DNA of 64,000 nucleotides from an uncultured Bacilli bacterium (GTDB lineage Bacteria; Bacillota_I; Bacilli_A; RF39; UBA660): NCBI GenBank assembly GCA_934122275.1, contig CAKOWI010000007.1, positions 2,466 to 66,465 of the forward strand, read 5' to 3'. Shown piece by piece: positions 19,164 to 29,004 of this stretch (position 1 is its first letter; each line of letters starts with the position of its first letter). The notes under the pieces were generated by a model. It saw only the letters and a program-made list of their open reading frames with translations, ran no database searches and was not told where the DNA came from. The position numbers and the translations under genes were made by a program.

Positions 19164-19622
19164 TTAATTCGTACTCTGACCCGTACAAAGTTTATCGGAT
19201 TCTCCTGTTTCTAATTTCTGTTCTTTGCATCCACAATCGTTATATGTTCCACTATCTAAAATAATGAAATACATTAGTTTAACATCATCGCTGTCCATTG
19301 CACTTTTACATTTTTTAATATTAACTACAATACCTTCTTTAATTTTATTTAAATCCTTAATGCTAACATAATCGCCATCAATTAATTTTTTTACTTCTAC
19401 AGATTTTGTATCAGTCGGTGTTAAATTATAAATTACACTAGGATTATCTGCAACATAACTTTTAGCACCAGTTAAAACAGAACTAATTTGATTTTCAAGG
19501 TTTTTTTCATCTTGTTTCTTTCTTATGCTGTTTACTGCAACAGTACTTATTGATAACAATATTCCCAAAATTACTATTACAGCTAGTAACTCTACTAGAG
19601 TAAATCCTCTCTTACTTTTCAT
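19164..19622 (-). CDS. Type IV prepilin-like protein (N-terminal cleavage/methylation domain)
   Basis: MKSKRG|FTLVELLAVIVILGIL is the canonical G/FTLxE prepilin leader. The C-terminal part is Cys-containing. The start overlaps the trxA 3' end. Confidence 0.75.
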   Translation of the reverse strand: MKSKRGFTLVELLAVIVILGILLSISTVAVNSIRKKQDEKNLENQISSVLTGAKSYVADNPSVIYNLTPTDTKSVEVKKLIDGDYVSIKDLNKIKEGIVVNIKKCKSAMDSDDVKLMYFIILDSGTYNDCGCKEQKLETGESDKLCTGQSTN

Positions 19623-19920
19623 CTTCACTCACCCAGCTTTCAAACTCAGAAAGACTCATAAATCCAGTTCTTCTTTTAATTTCTTTTCCATTTTCTAGTA
19701 CAACAACCGTTGGAATAGAAAATACTTGATATTTATTAGCTAATTCATTTGATTCATCAACGTTTACTTTAAGAATATCTAGCTTGCCTTCTCCATCATA
19801 ACTTTCAATTACTTTCGAAAGCATCTTACACGGACCACACCAGTCCGCATAAAAATCAATTATTACTTTTTTATCCTTAATTTCATTTTCAAATTCTTTT
19901 TCATTTATATGTTTTATCAT
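19612..19920 (-). CDS. trxA: Thioredoxin
   Basis: Active site WCGPC, about 102 aa. ATG 19920 follows RBS AGGTGA. Confidence 0.9.
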   Translation of the reverse strand: MIKHINEKEFENEIKDKKVIIDFYADWCGPCKMLSKVIESYDGEGKLDILKVNVDESNELANKYQVFSIPTVVVLENGKEIKRRTGFMSLSEFESWVSEDEK

Positions 19921-19963
19921 TATTATCACCTATATTATCTTTATATTATCATTTTTAATCATA

Positions 19964-20881
19964 TTAATATTCTGAATCATCATAATAATCTTCTGAATCG
20001 TCATAGTAATAATCATCATCTGAATAGTCATCATCCGAATAATCATCGTCAGAGTAATCGTCATCTGAATAGTCATCATCCGAATAATCATCGTCAGAAC
20101 CATCGCTATCATCATCTGTATCTGAATCATCCGTATCTGAGTCATCTGTATCTGAATCATCTGTATCCGAATCATCAGAGTCATTATTTTTATCTTCTGT
20201 TCTTTTGCCAAGAAGTTTATTATCACTACTTAATTTTTCAATTTGAGAGTCAGTCGCTAGATCATTTTCAACTAAGTTACTAGCTATTTCATCGTTTAAA
20301 TCACTATATGTATCAATGGTATTTTCTTCATTTATTTTTTCAGTTGCAAACTTTTCACTTGTATATAAGCCACTATTTAGTTTATTTAAAACAACTGTTT
20401 TTTCTAATATTGTATTAGATATTACTGATTCATGAAATGATTTAAAATTTAAATTTGGTAACCATAAAACTAATAGCATATTAAACATAAATATAACTAT
20501 TACTGGTATATAACATAAAACACCAAATAATTTATAAAATATACCAGCTTCTACCATAGTATCAGTTAATTTATCTTTAAGTTTAACTTTCTTACTTAAT
20601 TTATCAAATGCAAAAATACATATTAATAATATTAAAACATGGAAAATTACTCTCCAAAGTATTATGTTAATTGATTTTATTCCAGCTGCTTTACCAAAAA
20701 AGTTAAAGAATGGTAAAATAGTTATCAAATATTTACAAGCAAGCTTACTTACTATGCTAGCTACTAAAGTTGAACAAAAAAATACAACACTATCTACTAT
20801 TCCTTTTAAGATACCAGCATTATATCCTATGTATAGTCCAAATAATGCAACTAATATTAATATTATATCCACAAAGTTCAT
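19964..20881 (-). CDS. CvpA-family membrane protein with a long Asp/Ser/Tyr-rich C-terminal tail
   Basis: CvpA-like N-terminus MNFVDIILILVALFGLYIGYNAGILKG plus 4 TM helices. The last roughly 75 aa are almost entirely D/S/T/Y. Confidence 0.6.
   Translation of the reverse strand: MNFVDIILILVALFGLYIGYNAGILKGIVDSVVFFCSTLVASIVSKLACKYLITILPFFNFFGKAAGIKSINIILWRVIFHVLILLICIFAFDKLSKKVKLKDKLTDTMVEAGIFYKLFGVLCYIPVIVIFMFNMLLVLWLPNLNFKSFHESVISNTILEKTVVLNKLNSGLYTSEKFATEKINEENTIDTYSDLNDEIASNLVENDLATDSQIEKLSSDNKLLGKRTEDKNNDSDDSDTDDSDTDDSDTDDSDTDDDSDGSDDDYSDDDYSDDDYSDDDYSDDDYSDDDYYYDDSEDYYDDSEY
19971..20190 (-). repeat. 15-bp tandem repeats encoding (DSDTD)x4 and (SDDDY)x6
   Basis: Read directly from the sequence. 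These repeats also generate the two shadow ORFs 19909..20283 and 19930..20226. Confidence 0.85.
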
Positions 20882-21026
20882 ATGAATTCCTCCTATTTTT
20901 ACGATTATATTATATAATATTTTAATTAAAAATCATACTAATTTATTATTAGGTTTACATAAAAATGTATACCTTATTCAAAATAATTACTATTTGTGTT
21001 AAAATATTAAATGAAAGGAATTAATT

Positions 21027-21974
21027 ATGGTAATTGTATATAAAATAAGTGATAATACAAAGGAAAAAATGATAGATTATTATAGTGATAAAAAAAGAGA
21101 AAAAACACCACCATACTCCATATTTCAAGCTGAAGAAGGTGGAACAATAATTACTCTTTATGAATCTGGAAAAGTAATGTTTCAGGGAATTAGTGCTGAT
21201 GTTGATGCTAATATGTGGAAAGATATGGAAGCTCATTTAAATAATGGTAAAATGCCTGAAGAACAAAAGAAAAAAGAAAAAGAAAAGAAAGACGAAAAAG
21301 AATTATATGAAGAAAGAAAGAAATATTATTACATTAATTCTATAGGATCTGATGAGGTTGGAACTGGTGATTACTTCGGACCTATTGTTGTTACAGCTTC
21401 TTTTGTATCTAAAGATAATATACCTTTTTTAGAAGAATTAGGTGTTAGAGATTCTAAAAAATTAACTGATCAAAAAATATTAGAAATCGTCCCTAAAATA
21501 ATTAAGAAAATTCCTTATGAAACTATTATATATTCTAATGAAGAGTACAATAATAATCCAGATTATAACATGAATAAAATAAAAGCTATACTACATAATA
21601 AAGCTTTGCTTGGGTTAATGAAGAAAGAAAATTTTAATTATGATAAAGTAGTAGTAGATCAATTTTGTTATCCAAGAAACTATTTTAATTACTTAAAAGA
21701 ATCAAATAACGTATTTAGAAAAATAGATTTTACAACTAAAGCAGAAGATAAGTGTTTATCCGTTGCATGTGGTTCTTTAATAAGTAGATATATATTTATC
21801 AAAGAAATGGATAAAATATCTAAAATGCTTGGCAAGACAGTTCCAAAGGGTGCTGGTATTCAAGTAGATGAATATGGTTGTATGATAGTTAAAAAATATG
21901 GTAAAAATATGTTAAATAAAATAGCTAAATTAAATTTTAAAAATACTGATAAAATACTTAAAAACGAGGGATAA
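21027..21974 (+). CDS. rnhC: Ribonuclease HIII
   Basis: N-terminal TBP-like domain plus the catalytic motif GSDEVGTGDYFGP. Confidence 0.85.
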   Translation: MVIVYKISDNTKEKMIDYYSDKKREKTPPYSIFQAEEGGTIITLYESGKVMFQGISADVDANMWKDMEAHLNNGKMPEEQKKKEKEKKDEKELYEERKKYYYINSIGSDEVGTGDYFGPIVVTASFVSKDNIPFLEELGVRDSKKLTDQKILEIVPKIIKKIPYETIIYSNEEYNNNPDYNMNKIKAILHNKALLGLMKKENFNYDKVVVDQFCYPRNYFNYLKESNNVFRKIDFTTKAEDKCLSVACGSLISRYIFIKEMDKISKMLGKTVPKGAGIQVDEYGCMIVKKYGKNMLNKIAKLNFKNTDKILKNEG

Positions 21975-21975
21975 A

Positions 21976-22215
21976 ATGCACATTGATAGTAATATAAATT
22001 ACAGAAATTATATGATTGTTGCAAAAGATGATGATTTAAGAAGAATATACATAACAACTCATAATTATAAAGAAGGAAGTCTAAATTTTGAAAACAATAA
22101 AAAAATATTTAATGAATATATAAAATATGCTACATTAAATAGTTATAGAATAATACAGTTAAACAAATATCCTATACAAGCACAAAATGATACTAAAACC
22201 TCTAAGCATATATAG
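21976..22215 (+). CDS. Hypothetical protein (79 aa), start-coupled to rnhC
   Basis: The ATG lies 1 nt after the rnhC stop. No recognisable motif. Confidence 0.4.
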   Translation: MHIDSNINYRNYMIVAKDDDLRRIYITTHNYKEGSLNFENNKKIFNEYIKYATLNSYRIIQLNKYPIQAQNDTKTSKHI

Positions 22216-22240
22216 AAAAAAAGACGAAAAACTCGTCTTT

Positions 22241-23476
22241 TTAATTTATGTTTGTTTTACTATGTTCTACTCTAACCCACTTTACGTCTTTTTTTACCAA
22301 AGCTTTAATAGCACAAGGAATATAGCTAATCATAAATACTGGATTATAAAACAAAACTTTGATTTTACTTTTAGTAGTTAAGTTAATTTTTTTACCCTCT
22401 AATATAACTATTACTAAACTCATAATAAATAAAGCTAAATATATTATTAATGACAAGATCAAGAATTCAAGAAATAAATTTCTCCATAAACTATTACTAA
22501 AAACAAAATTATAAATTGTTAATATAGCTAATGATAAATACCACAGTACAATTCCAATTATTATAAATATATATGGTATTATTCCTAATCCTTCATCTAT
22601 CTTAGAACCATTATTATTTCCATCTTTACTTATCGATTTAATAATCTTCTTACTATATTTTTTTCTCACATCAAAATACCCTTTAATCCATCTTATTCTT
22701 TGATTAATTGTATCTTTATACTTTACAGGTTGTTCATCATAAAAAACAGATTTTGTATTATAATACGTAGTTAAATTATTTAGTGTAGCAAAAGAACTAA
22801 GTTCATAATCTTCAGTTAATGAATTAAAAGGATATCCCTTTAACTCATCTATTATTTCACCTCTAATATAAAAACCTGTTCCTGAAAACGTTATATTCTT
22901 TGTTTTCTTATTTTTTATAGAATTAAAAACAGTATTAACAAGTGAAAAAGTAAGAGCTGAAGAAGCTGCAACTACACTTTCGTTTCCATTTTTACAATTT
23001 CTGTATCCAGATGCCAAATCATATCCTTTATCAAATACCGGAATCATATTTTTTAAATAATTTTTATCTAAAATGTTATCAGCATCAAAGACAAAATATG
23101 CATCATAACTTTTAGTATTTAAAATATATTTAATAGCTTCATCTAACGCATATCCCTTTCTTTGTAAATTAAGTTTCTTTCTTAAAAATACTGTTGCATT
23201 ATACTTCTTGCATATATTAACCGTTTCGTCTTTTAAAGACTCAACTATAACATATACATCACTCATATTTACCTCTACACTTTGATTCTTAATACTTATA
23301 AGTAATCCTTCAATTACACTTGACTCATATCTAGCTGGTATTAGAAAACAAAAATTATGACCAGCTAAACTCTTTTTAGGTAAATTATTATTTTTTCTAG
23401 TTAGAAAAAAGCAAGTAAACATCATGATAAGTCCAGTTAATATAAATAAAGCTGAAATAATCCTAATTGTAATCAT
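22241..23476 (-). CDS. Family 2 glycosyltransferase, membrane-integrated
   Basis: FLIPARYES..FDADN..QRIRW motifs with flanking TM helices. Confidence 0.75.
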   Translation of the reverse strand: MITIRIISALFILTGLIMMFTCFFLTRKNNNLPKKSLAGHNFCFLIPARYESSVIEGLLISIKNQSVEVNMSDVYVIVESLKDETVNICKKYNATVFLRKKLNLQRKGYALDEAIKYILNTKSYDAYFVFDADNILDKNYLKNMIPVFDKGYDLASGYRNCKNGNESVVAASSALTFSLVNTVFNSIKNKKTKNITFSGTGFYIRGEIIDELKGYPFNSLTEDYELSSFATLNNLTTYYNTKSVFYDEQPVKYKDTINQRIRWIKGYFDVRKKYSKKIIKSISKDGNNNGSKIDEGLGIIPYIFIIIGIVLWYLSLAILTIYNFVFSNSLWRNLFLEFLILSLIIYLALFIMSLVIVILEGKKINLTTKSKIKVLFYNPVFMISYIPCAIKALVKKDVKWVRVEHSKTNIN

Positions 23477-23486
23477 ATAACCCTCA

Positions 23487-24617
23487 CTATTTAAAATAAG
23501 AAAAATAAATTAATGCACCAGTAAGTATAGTAGATGCTATTAAACCATTTATTTTCTCTGATTTAGAAGTTTTATATTTAACCCCTAAAGTAATTGACAT
23601 AATAATACCAGCTACAAGTCCTCCAATGTGAGCACATAAATTTACCGATGGTAAAGAAGCACTTATTAATAAATTTAGTATCAATATTGGTAATATCTGA
23701 TTTTTTAAAGCTTCTGTCATGTAGGTTCTTTGATTTAATGAAAAGTATAAAAGTGCTCCCATAAGTCCATAAATAGCACCTGATGCACCAGCAGATATGG
23801 TTAAATTATCCATTACTATATATGAAAGTAAATTACCAATTAATCCACTAAAAATAAAGATTATAAACGTCTTAACATGACCATAAAAATCTTCAACTAT
23901 TTTTCCAACTGCATATAAAGACCAAACATTAGCCAAAAAATGAATTATTCCTATATGTAAAAACATACTAAATAGTAATCTTAATGGATTATTATCCTTA
24001 ACTAATGCACCATATTTATATAAAGTATTTTTATTAGTAGATCCACCATTGAAAACTAAAATTATATAAAATATCACTATTATACCAATTAAAAAATATG
24101 TAGTATAAGATTTTTTAGGAGTAAATAATTCATTAATCTTTTCACTTTCTGTTACATTCTTTTTTAATATATCATTATTTATTCTGTGATATAATAACTC
24201 CCCTTCTTCAGTAAATTTTAGTTTACTACCTATATCAGTAAAATAAATATCAAATAATTTATTCTTTTTTAAAATAGTTTCATTTTTAGCATTTACAGCA
24301 TAATTAAATTTTGTGTTTTCAAGATTAATTCCACTATTTAAATCTAAATAAAAAGATAGTGTTTTCATTTTAAAGGTAAATGTTTTACGCTTTATTTGTT
24401 TTGTTAGTTTCTCAACTTTATAGTTATCAAAATCAAGTTGTTCTTTATTATGAATATATCCCATTACAATTCTAACTATTCTAAATTCACTATCCATATT
24501 TTCAAGCCATATTTCATTATCAATTCCATGAACTATTACAGGATTATAATTCTTTTCAGTAATAAAATAATGCAATAATTTCATAACTAATAAATTCTTT
24601 TTATCACTAGTAGTCAT
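23487..24617 (-). CDS. Rhomboid-family intramembrane serine protease with an N-terminal cytoplasmic domain
   Basis: HIGIIHFLANVW, GASGAIYGLMGA and AHIGGLVAG motifs. Confidence 0.8.
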   Translation of the reverse strand: MTTSDKKNLLVMKLLHYFITEKNYNPVIVHGIDNEIWLENMDSEFRIVRIVMGYIHNKEQLDFDNYKVEKLTKQIKRKTFTFKMKTLSFYLDLNSGINLENTKFNYAVNAKNETILKKNKLFDIYFTDIGSKLKFTEEGELLYHRINNDILKKNVTESEKINELFTPKKSYTTYFLIGIIVIFYIILVFNGGSTNKNTLYKYGALVKDNNPLRLLFSMFLHIGIIHFLANVWSLYAVGKIVEDFYGHVKTFIIFIFSGLIGNLLSYIVMDNLTISAGASGAIYGLMGALLYFSLNQRTYMTEALKNQILPILILNLLISASLPSVNLCAHIGGLVAGIIMSITLGVKYKTSKSEKINGLIASTILTGALIYFSYFK

Positions 24618-24626
24618 ATAATTCTC

Positions 24627-25523
24627 CTATTCATTCTCATATTTTTTTAGTATCTCATTAAATTCATCTGGTACATTGCAAGAAAACTTCATCTTCTTAT
24701 GTGTTCTTGGATGAATAAATTCAATTTCTTTTGCATGAAGCATCTGACCAAATGAAGTGGATTTAGAACTAGTATAAACTGGATCATTAATAATTGGATG
24801 TCCTATATAATTTAAATGAACTCTTATTTGATGTGTTCTTCCAGTTTTTAACTTTAATTCAAGTAAAGTAGCATTCTTATACCTCTTAAGTACTTTAAAA
24901 TGTGTAATAGCATCTTTAGAATTAATATCAGTAACACACATTTTTTTTCTATCCTCAGTATCTCTTCCTATAGGAGCATCAATAGTACCTGTGTCATGAT
25001 TAATAACACCCTTTACTAGTGCAACATACTTTCTAGATAACGTTTTATCCTTAAGTTGTTTTGCTAAAAACTCGTGAGCATAATCGTTTTTAGCAACTAC
25101 AAGCAATCCTGATGTATCTTTATCTATTCTATGAACAATACCAGGTCTTAAATCACCATTATTATCACTTAAGCTATTAGTGTGTGCTAAAAGACCATTT
25201 ACTAAAGTGCCAGAAAAATGTCCACAAGCAGGATGAACGACTAATCCAGATGGCTTATTAATAACCATCAAATCATCATCTTCATAAACTATATCTAATT
25301 TCATTTCTTCAGCCTTAGCATCAGTATTATTTTCAAGTTTTCCAACTACATCAATTTTATCACCTAATTTTAATATGTAACTGTTCTTGCACTTTTTACC
25401 ATTTACAAGTACTAATTCCTTCTTTATCATTTCTTGAAGTTTACTTCTTGAAACATTTAAAATATCAATTAAATACTTATCCAATCTAATGCAAGATTTT
25501 TCATCTTCTATTAAATAGTGCAT
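24627..25523 (-). CDS. rluD: 23S rRNA pseudouridine synthase, RluD/RluA family
   Basis: S4 domain plus HRIDKDTSGLLVVAK and GRTHQIRVH. Confidence 0.9.
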   Translation of the reverse strand: MHYLIEDEKSCIRLDKYLIDILNVSRSKLQEMIKKELVLVNGKKCKNSYILKLGDKIDVVGKLENNTDAKAEEMKLDIVYEDDDLMVINKPSGLVVHPACGHFSGTLVNGLLAHTNSLSDNNGDLRPGIVHRIDKDTSGLLVVAKNDYAHEFLAKQLKDKTLSRKYVALVKGVINHDTGTIDAPIGRDTEDRKKMCVTDINSKDAITHFKVLKRYKNATLLELKLKTGRTHQIRVHLNYIGHPIINDPVYTSSKSTSFGQMLHAKEIEFIHPRTHKKMKFSCNVPDEFNEILKKYENE

Positions 25524-25692
25524 AACATCACACTCCTAGATAATTTATTATACCATGTATAAAGATTTTTATATAGACCTAATTTTTTGTTAATCATTAT
25601 TGAAAGTTACTTCTAGGTATACTAATGAAAAATAAATATTAAACTAATTGACATAAGTGTATATATGAACATCTGTTAACTTATTTAAATTT

Positions 25693-25718
25693 AAAAAAGC
25701 TTGAAATCAAGCTTTTTA
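25693..25718 (-). terminator. Terminator after the mTERF-like repeat gene
   Basis: AAAAAGCTTGA..TCAAGCTTTTT. Confidence 0.6.
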
Positions 25719-25747
25719 ATATATTAAATCTATCGAGTAAATACTCA

Positions 25748-27373
25748 TTAATATGATAGATACTTGGTAAATTCATTTTCCTTATAATCATCAAAAGGAT
25801 ATTTGTTCATTAGTTCTTTTAAATCTATTCCAAACTTTTTCTTTAATGCACCAGGTTGATAAGAAAAAATTCTATTTAGCTTATTATCTTCTACAAGTGG
25901 GTAATTATTATCAAGTAAATAATTTATTTTAGCATAGTTTTGACTTGGTGCCGCTAATAAAAAACTTGTTGTTAAATAATCACTTATTCCATACTCTTCT
26001 GCCATTTTAAATTGTATTGGTAATTTAATAATCATTTGTTTACTTTTTGCAACAATAGACGAAGTTAATAACTTTTTATATTTTTCTTCTTGCCAATATG
26101 GTAAAGCTAACAAAGTTCGAATATCTTTTAGATTACCATGAGCTAATACTTCTGAGGTAAATAATTCGCGATGGTTTTTAAATTCTTCACTTTGTAATAT
26201 ATTTTTTATTTCTTTTAAATTACCTTGGGCTAATACTGTTGAGGTAAATAAATCCGGGTGGTTTTTGAATTCTTCACTCGCTAATATATCTTTTATTTCT
26301 TTTAGGTTGCCGTGAGATAATACTGCTGAAGTAAATAATTCTGGATGGTTTTTAAATTCATCGCTTTGTAATATATCTTTTATTTCTTTTAAATTACCTT
26401 GGGCTAATACTGTTGAAGTAAACAATTCTGGATGGTTTTTAAATTCATCGCTTTGTAATATATCTTTAATCTCTTTTAGATTACCTTCAGCTAATACTGT
26501 TGAGGTAAATAATTCAGGATGATTTTTGAATTCTTCACTTTGAAATATATCTTTTATTTCTTTTAGGTTGCCGTGAGCTAATACTTGTGAAGTAAATAAT
26601 TCTGGATAAGCTTTAAATTCTTCGCTTTGTAATATATCCTTTATTTCTTTTAGATTACTATAGGCTAATACTTGTGAAGTAAATAAATCCGGATAAGCTT
26701 TAAATTCTTCGCTTTGCAATATACCCTTTATTTCTTTTAGATTACTATAGGCTAATACTGTTGAGGTAAATAATTCTGGATGGTTTTTGAATTCTTCACT
26801 TGCTAATATATCTTTTATTTCTTTTAGATTGCCTCGAGCTAATACTTGTGAAGTAAATAATTCTGAATGAGTTTTAAATTCTTCACTTTGTAATATATCT
26901 TTAATATCAGATATTTCATTTCTACCAACCGAAATGGATATTATATCTTTTTTCTTTATACATGGAATATTTAAATTTTCAATTTCTATTATCCTACTTG
27001 TTGGAATACTTAACACACTTACTGTTTTATTTATTATATCTACTCCATAATTAGTTAAAACGTAATTATATGTTTTAATTAATTCATCATTATCAGTACT
27101 TAATACATGTAAGCATTTTTCTACTTTATCAAAATTTACTTTTGATTTTTTTAAAAACCCAGCATTCTTTTTTATATTATCTACAGAATAATACATTACA
27201 CTAGGACATTTTTCTATATTTTTTCTATCTATATGTAATTCATTAATTAAGTAATCTAAAGTATCATCTATTTCTTGGTATTCTCCACGACTCAATAGTT
27301 GTTCATTTAACGCCACATTAATATTTATATTATATTTTTTTAATAATTCTTCTAATTTATACTTTTCTATCAT
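25748..27373 (-). CDS. Cytoplasmic helical-repeat protein, mTERF-like, with nine near-identical 29-aa repeats
   Basis: Start ATG 27373 lies 8 nt after RBS AGGTGGGGGA. No signal peptide or TM helix. Repeat consensus is SEEFKNHPELFTSTVLAxGNLKEIKDILQ, and the flanks look like degenerate ~30-aa mTERF-type motifs. Confidence 0.6.
   Translation of the reverse strand: MIEKYKLEELLKKYNININVALNEQLLSRGEYQEIDDTLDYLINELHIDRKNIEKCPSVMYYSVDNIKKNAGFLKKSKVNFDKVEKCLHVLSTDNDELIKTYNYVLTNYGVDIINKTVSVLSIPTSRIIEIENLNIPCIKKKDIISISVGRNEISDIKDILQSEEFKTHSELFTSQVLARGNLKEIKDILASEEFKNHPELFTSTVLAYSNLKEIKGILQSEEFKAYPDLFTSQVLAYSNLKEIKDILQSEEFKAYPELFTSQVLAHGNLKEIKDIFQSEEFKNHPELFTSTVLAEGNLKEIKDILQSDEFKNHPELFTSTVLAQGNLKEIKDILQSDEFKNHPELFTSAVLSHGNLKEIKDILASEEFKNHPDLFTSTVLAQGNLKEIKNILQSEEFKNHRELFTSEVLAHGNLKDIRTLLALPYWQEEKYKKLLTSSIVAKSKQMIIKLPIQFKMAEEYGISDYLTTSFLLAAPSQNYAKINYLLDNNYPLVEDNKLNRIFSYQPGALKKKFGIDLKELMNKYPFDDYKENEFTKYLSY
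26105..26887 (-). repeat. 9 x 87-bp in-frame tandem repeat
   Basis: Residues 173-433 of the track ORF, aligned by hand. Confidence 0.9.
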
Positions 27374-27483
27374 ACATTTAATCCCCCACCTGAAAAAAAT
27401 CATATTAATTACTAAAAAGTTTTGATTGTATTATAGTATAACATAAACCTTAGAAAAATTACAACTCATTATTTTTTCTTCTT

Positions 27484-27512
27484 TCAAAAAAAGTTCCGCT
27501 TTAGTAGAACTT
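27484..27512 (-). terminator. Terminator after lspA (overlaps the stop codon)
   Basis: AAGTTC-loop-GAACTT followed by T8 on the minus strand. Confidence 0.55.
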
Positions 27513-27993
27513 ACTCATATTTTTTTTGTATAGGCCTAATTTTTCTTTCTTCTCTAATCATATGAATTAATAATAATATAACACCAACTATAATTAAAAC
27601 ATCTGCAAAATTAAAAATAGGAAAATAATAATTTAAAATTTTTACAGAAACATAATCTATTACATAGCCTCTATACACTCTATCAAATAAATTACCTAAA
27701 ATACCACCAAATAAAATGCCATATGATACTATTTCAAGCTTACTTACCTTTTTATTTATCTTATAACTCTTAAATAGTTCATTAAACAAAAACAGAATAA
27801 GAACAATTGAAATCATGATAATTATTATTCTGTTATTTTCAAGTATACTAAATGCTGCACCTGTATTTTCTTTATATAATAATGATAAAAAGTTAGGAAT
27901 AATGGTAACATTGGTTATATTTTTATATACTAAATACTTAAACAATTGGTCTAACCAAAAAGAAAAAAAAGATATTATGGTTATATATAACAT
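27511..27993 (-). CDS. lspA: Lipoprotein signal peptidase (signal peptidase II)
   Basis: NTGAAFS and FNFADV motifs, 4 TM helices. Confidence 0.85.
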   Translation of the reverse strand: MLYITIISFFSFWLDQLFKYLVYKNITNVTIIPNFLSLLYKENTGAAFSILENNRIIIIMISIVLILFLFNELFKSYKINKKVSKLEIVSYGILFGGILGNLFDRVYRGYVIDYVSVKILNYYFPIFNFADVLIIVGVILLLIHMIREERKIRPIQKKYE

Positions 27994-28008
27994 AAACTTT
28001 TCTCCTTT

Positions 28009-28968
28009 CTAAAACAATAATAGTGCAAGCAATGCTGCCAAAAAGTTTTGAGTAAAATGCATTTGAATTGAAACAAATATATTATTAGTGTCACTATATG
28101 CCTTAGCTAAACACATACCTAAAGTACTATACTGAATTACATATAATGCTTGTTCAAAATTAACTGCTTTACCTATAACGTGTAATGAACCAAATAAAAT
28201 ACCACTAATTATTATAAATAAAGTCTTATTATTTATTAATTTAGATAAAGACAATCTAAATATAGATTCTTCTGCAAAAGGTGCATAAATAACTGATAAA
28301 ACAAATGTTATAATAGGAACCTTTTTAAACATATCATTAATCATCTCTTGATTATTAGAAGTATTTCCTTTATTTAGCATTACTATTGGTATTGCAACTA
28401 AAAACATAATTCCAAGCATTATAAAATATCTTTTAAATGCAAACTTAAAATATGTTTTAAAATTACTCTTATACGTTAAAAAATCTCTCTTTAGATCTTT
28501 AAAGTAAAAAATAAGTATAATAGATATAATAAAAATATAAATAAGTATTGATGGTATTTTATAATAGAACTTAAAATGAGGAAAAACAAGCATAATTAGT
28601 AAAAATAATGTAAGGGTTATAATTGATTTTATTATATCTTTCCATGTACTTTTTTCCCTTGCTGTAGCTGGAAGATTTGTAGCTTTCTTTTCTTTTTTAG
28701 AATTAAGAAAAATAAAGCCAAAAACTCCAGGAATAATTGCAACAATAAAAAGCCATAGGCTAATTAAGAAAGTACTTGTATCACTTACTTTATTCTTTTT
28801 TATTTGAATGGTTAATATTATAATTAAGACTAAACTTAACGTAACAAAAAATAAACTTACTATATTCTTTTCTGAAAATCCTTTACAAAATAAATATATA
28901 TAATTAAAAAGCACATAAATATATCCAGTTATGCATTCAAGGTACAAATATTTTTTATTATCTTTCAT
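28009..28968 (-). CDS. CPBP-family intramembrane metalloprotease (CAAX protease/Abi)
   Basis: EESIFR and FGSLH motifs, multi-pass membrane protein. Confidence 0.7.
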   Translation of the reverse strand: MKDNKKYLYLECITGYIYVLFNYIYLFCKGFSEKNIVSLFFVTLSLVLIIILTIQIKKNKVSDTSTFLISLWLFIVAIIPGVFGFIFLNSKKEKKATNLPATAREKSTWKDIIKSIITLTLFLLIMLVFPHFKFYYKIPSILIYIFIISIILIFYFKDLKRDFLTYKSNFKTYFKFAFKRYFIMLGIMFLVAIPIVMLNKGNTSNNQEMINDMFKKVPIITFVLSVIYAPFAEESIFRLSLSKLINNKTLFIIISGILFGSLHVIGKAVNFEQALYVIQYSTLGMCLAKAYSDTNNIFVSIQMHFTQNFLAALLALLLF

Positions 28969-29004
28969 TATATAATCCTCCTAGTAAAAAAGGCTTATAA
29001 AAGC

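Noticed and set aside
19909-20283. His/Asn-rich 124-aa ORF and Met/Ile-rich ORF 19930..20226.
   Set aside because: These are alternative frames of the 15-bp Asp/Ser/Tyr repeat in the CvpA-family gene tail.
26105-26887. Regular 87-bp repeats considered as a possible CRISPR array or satellite.
   Set aside because: The units are contiguous with no unique spacers. They are in frame within a long ORF and conserved at the protein level. No cas genes are present.
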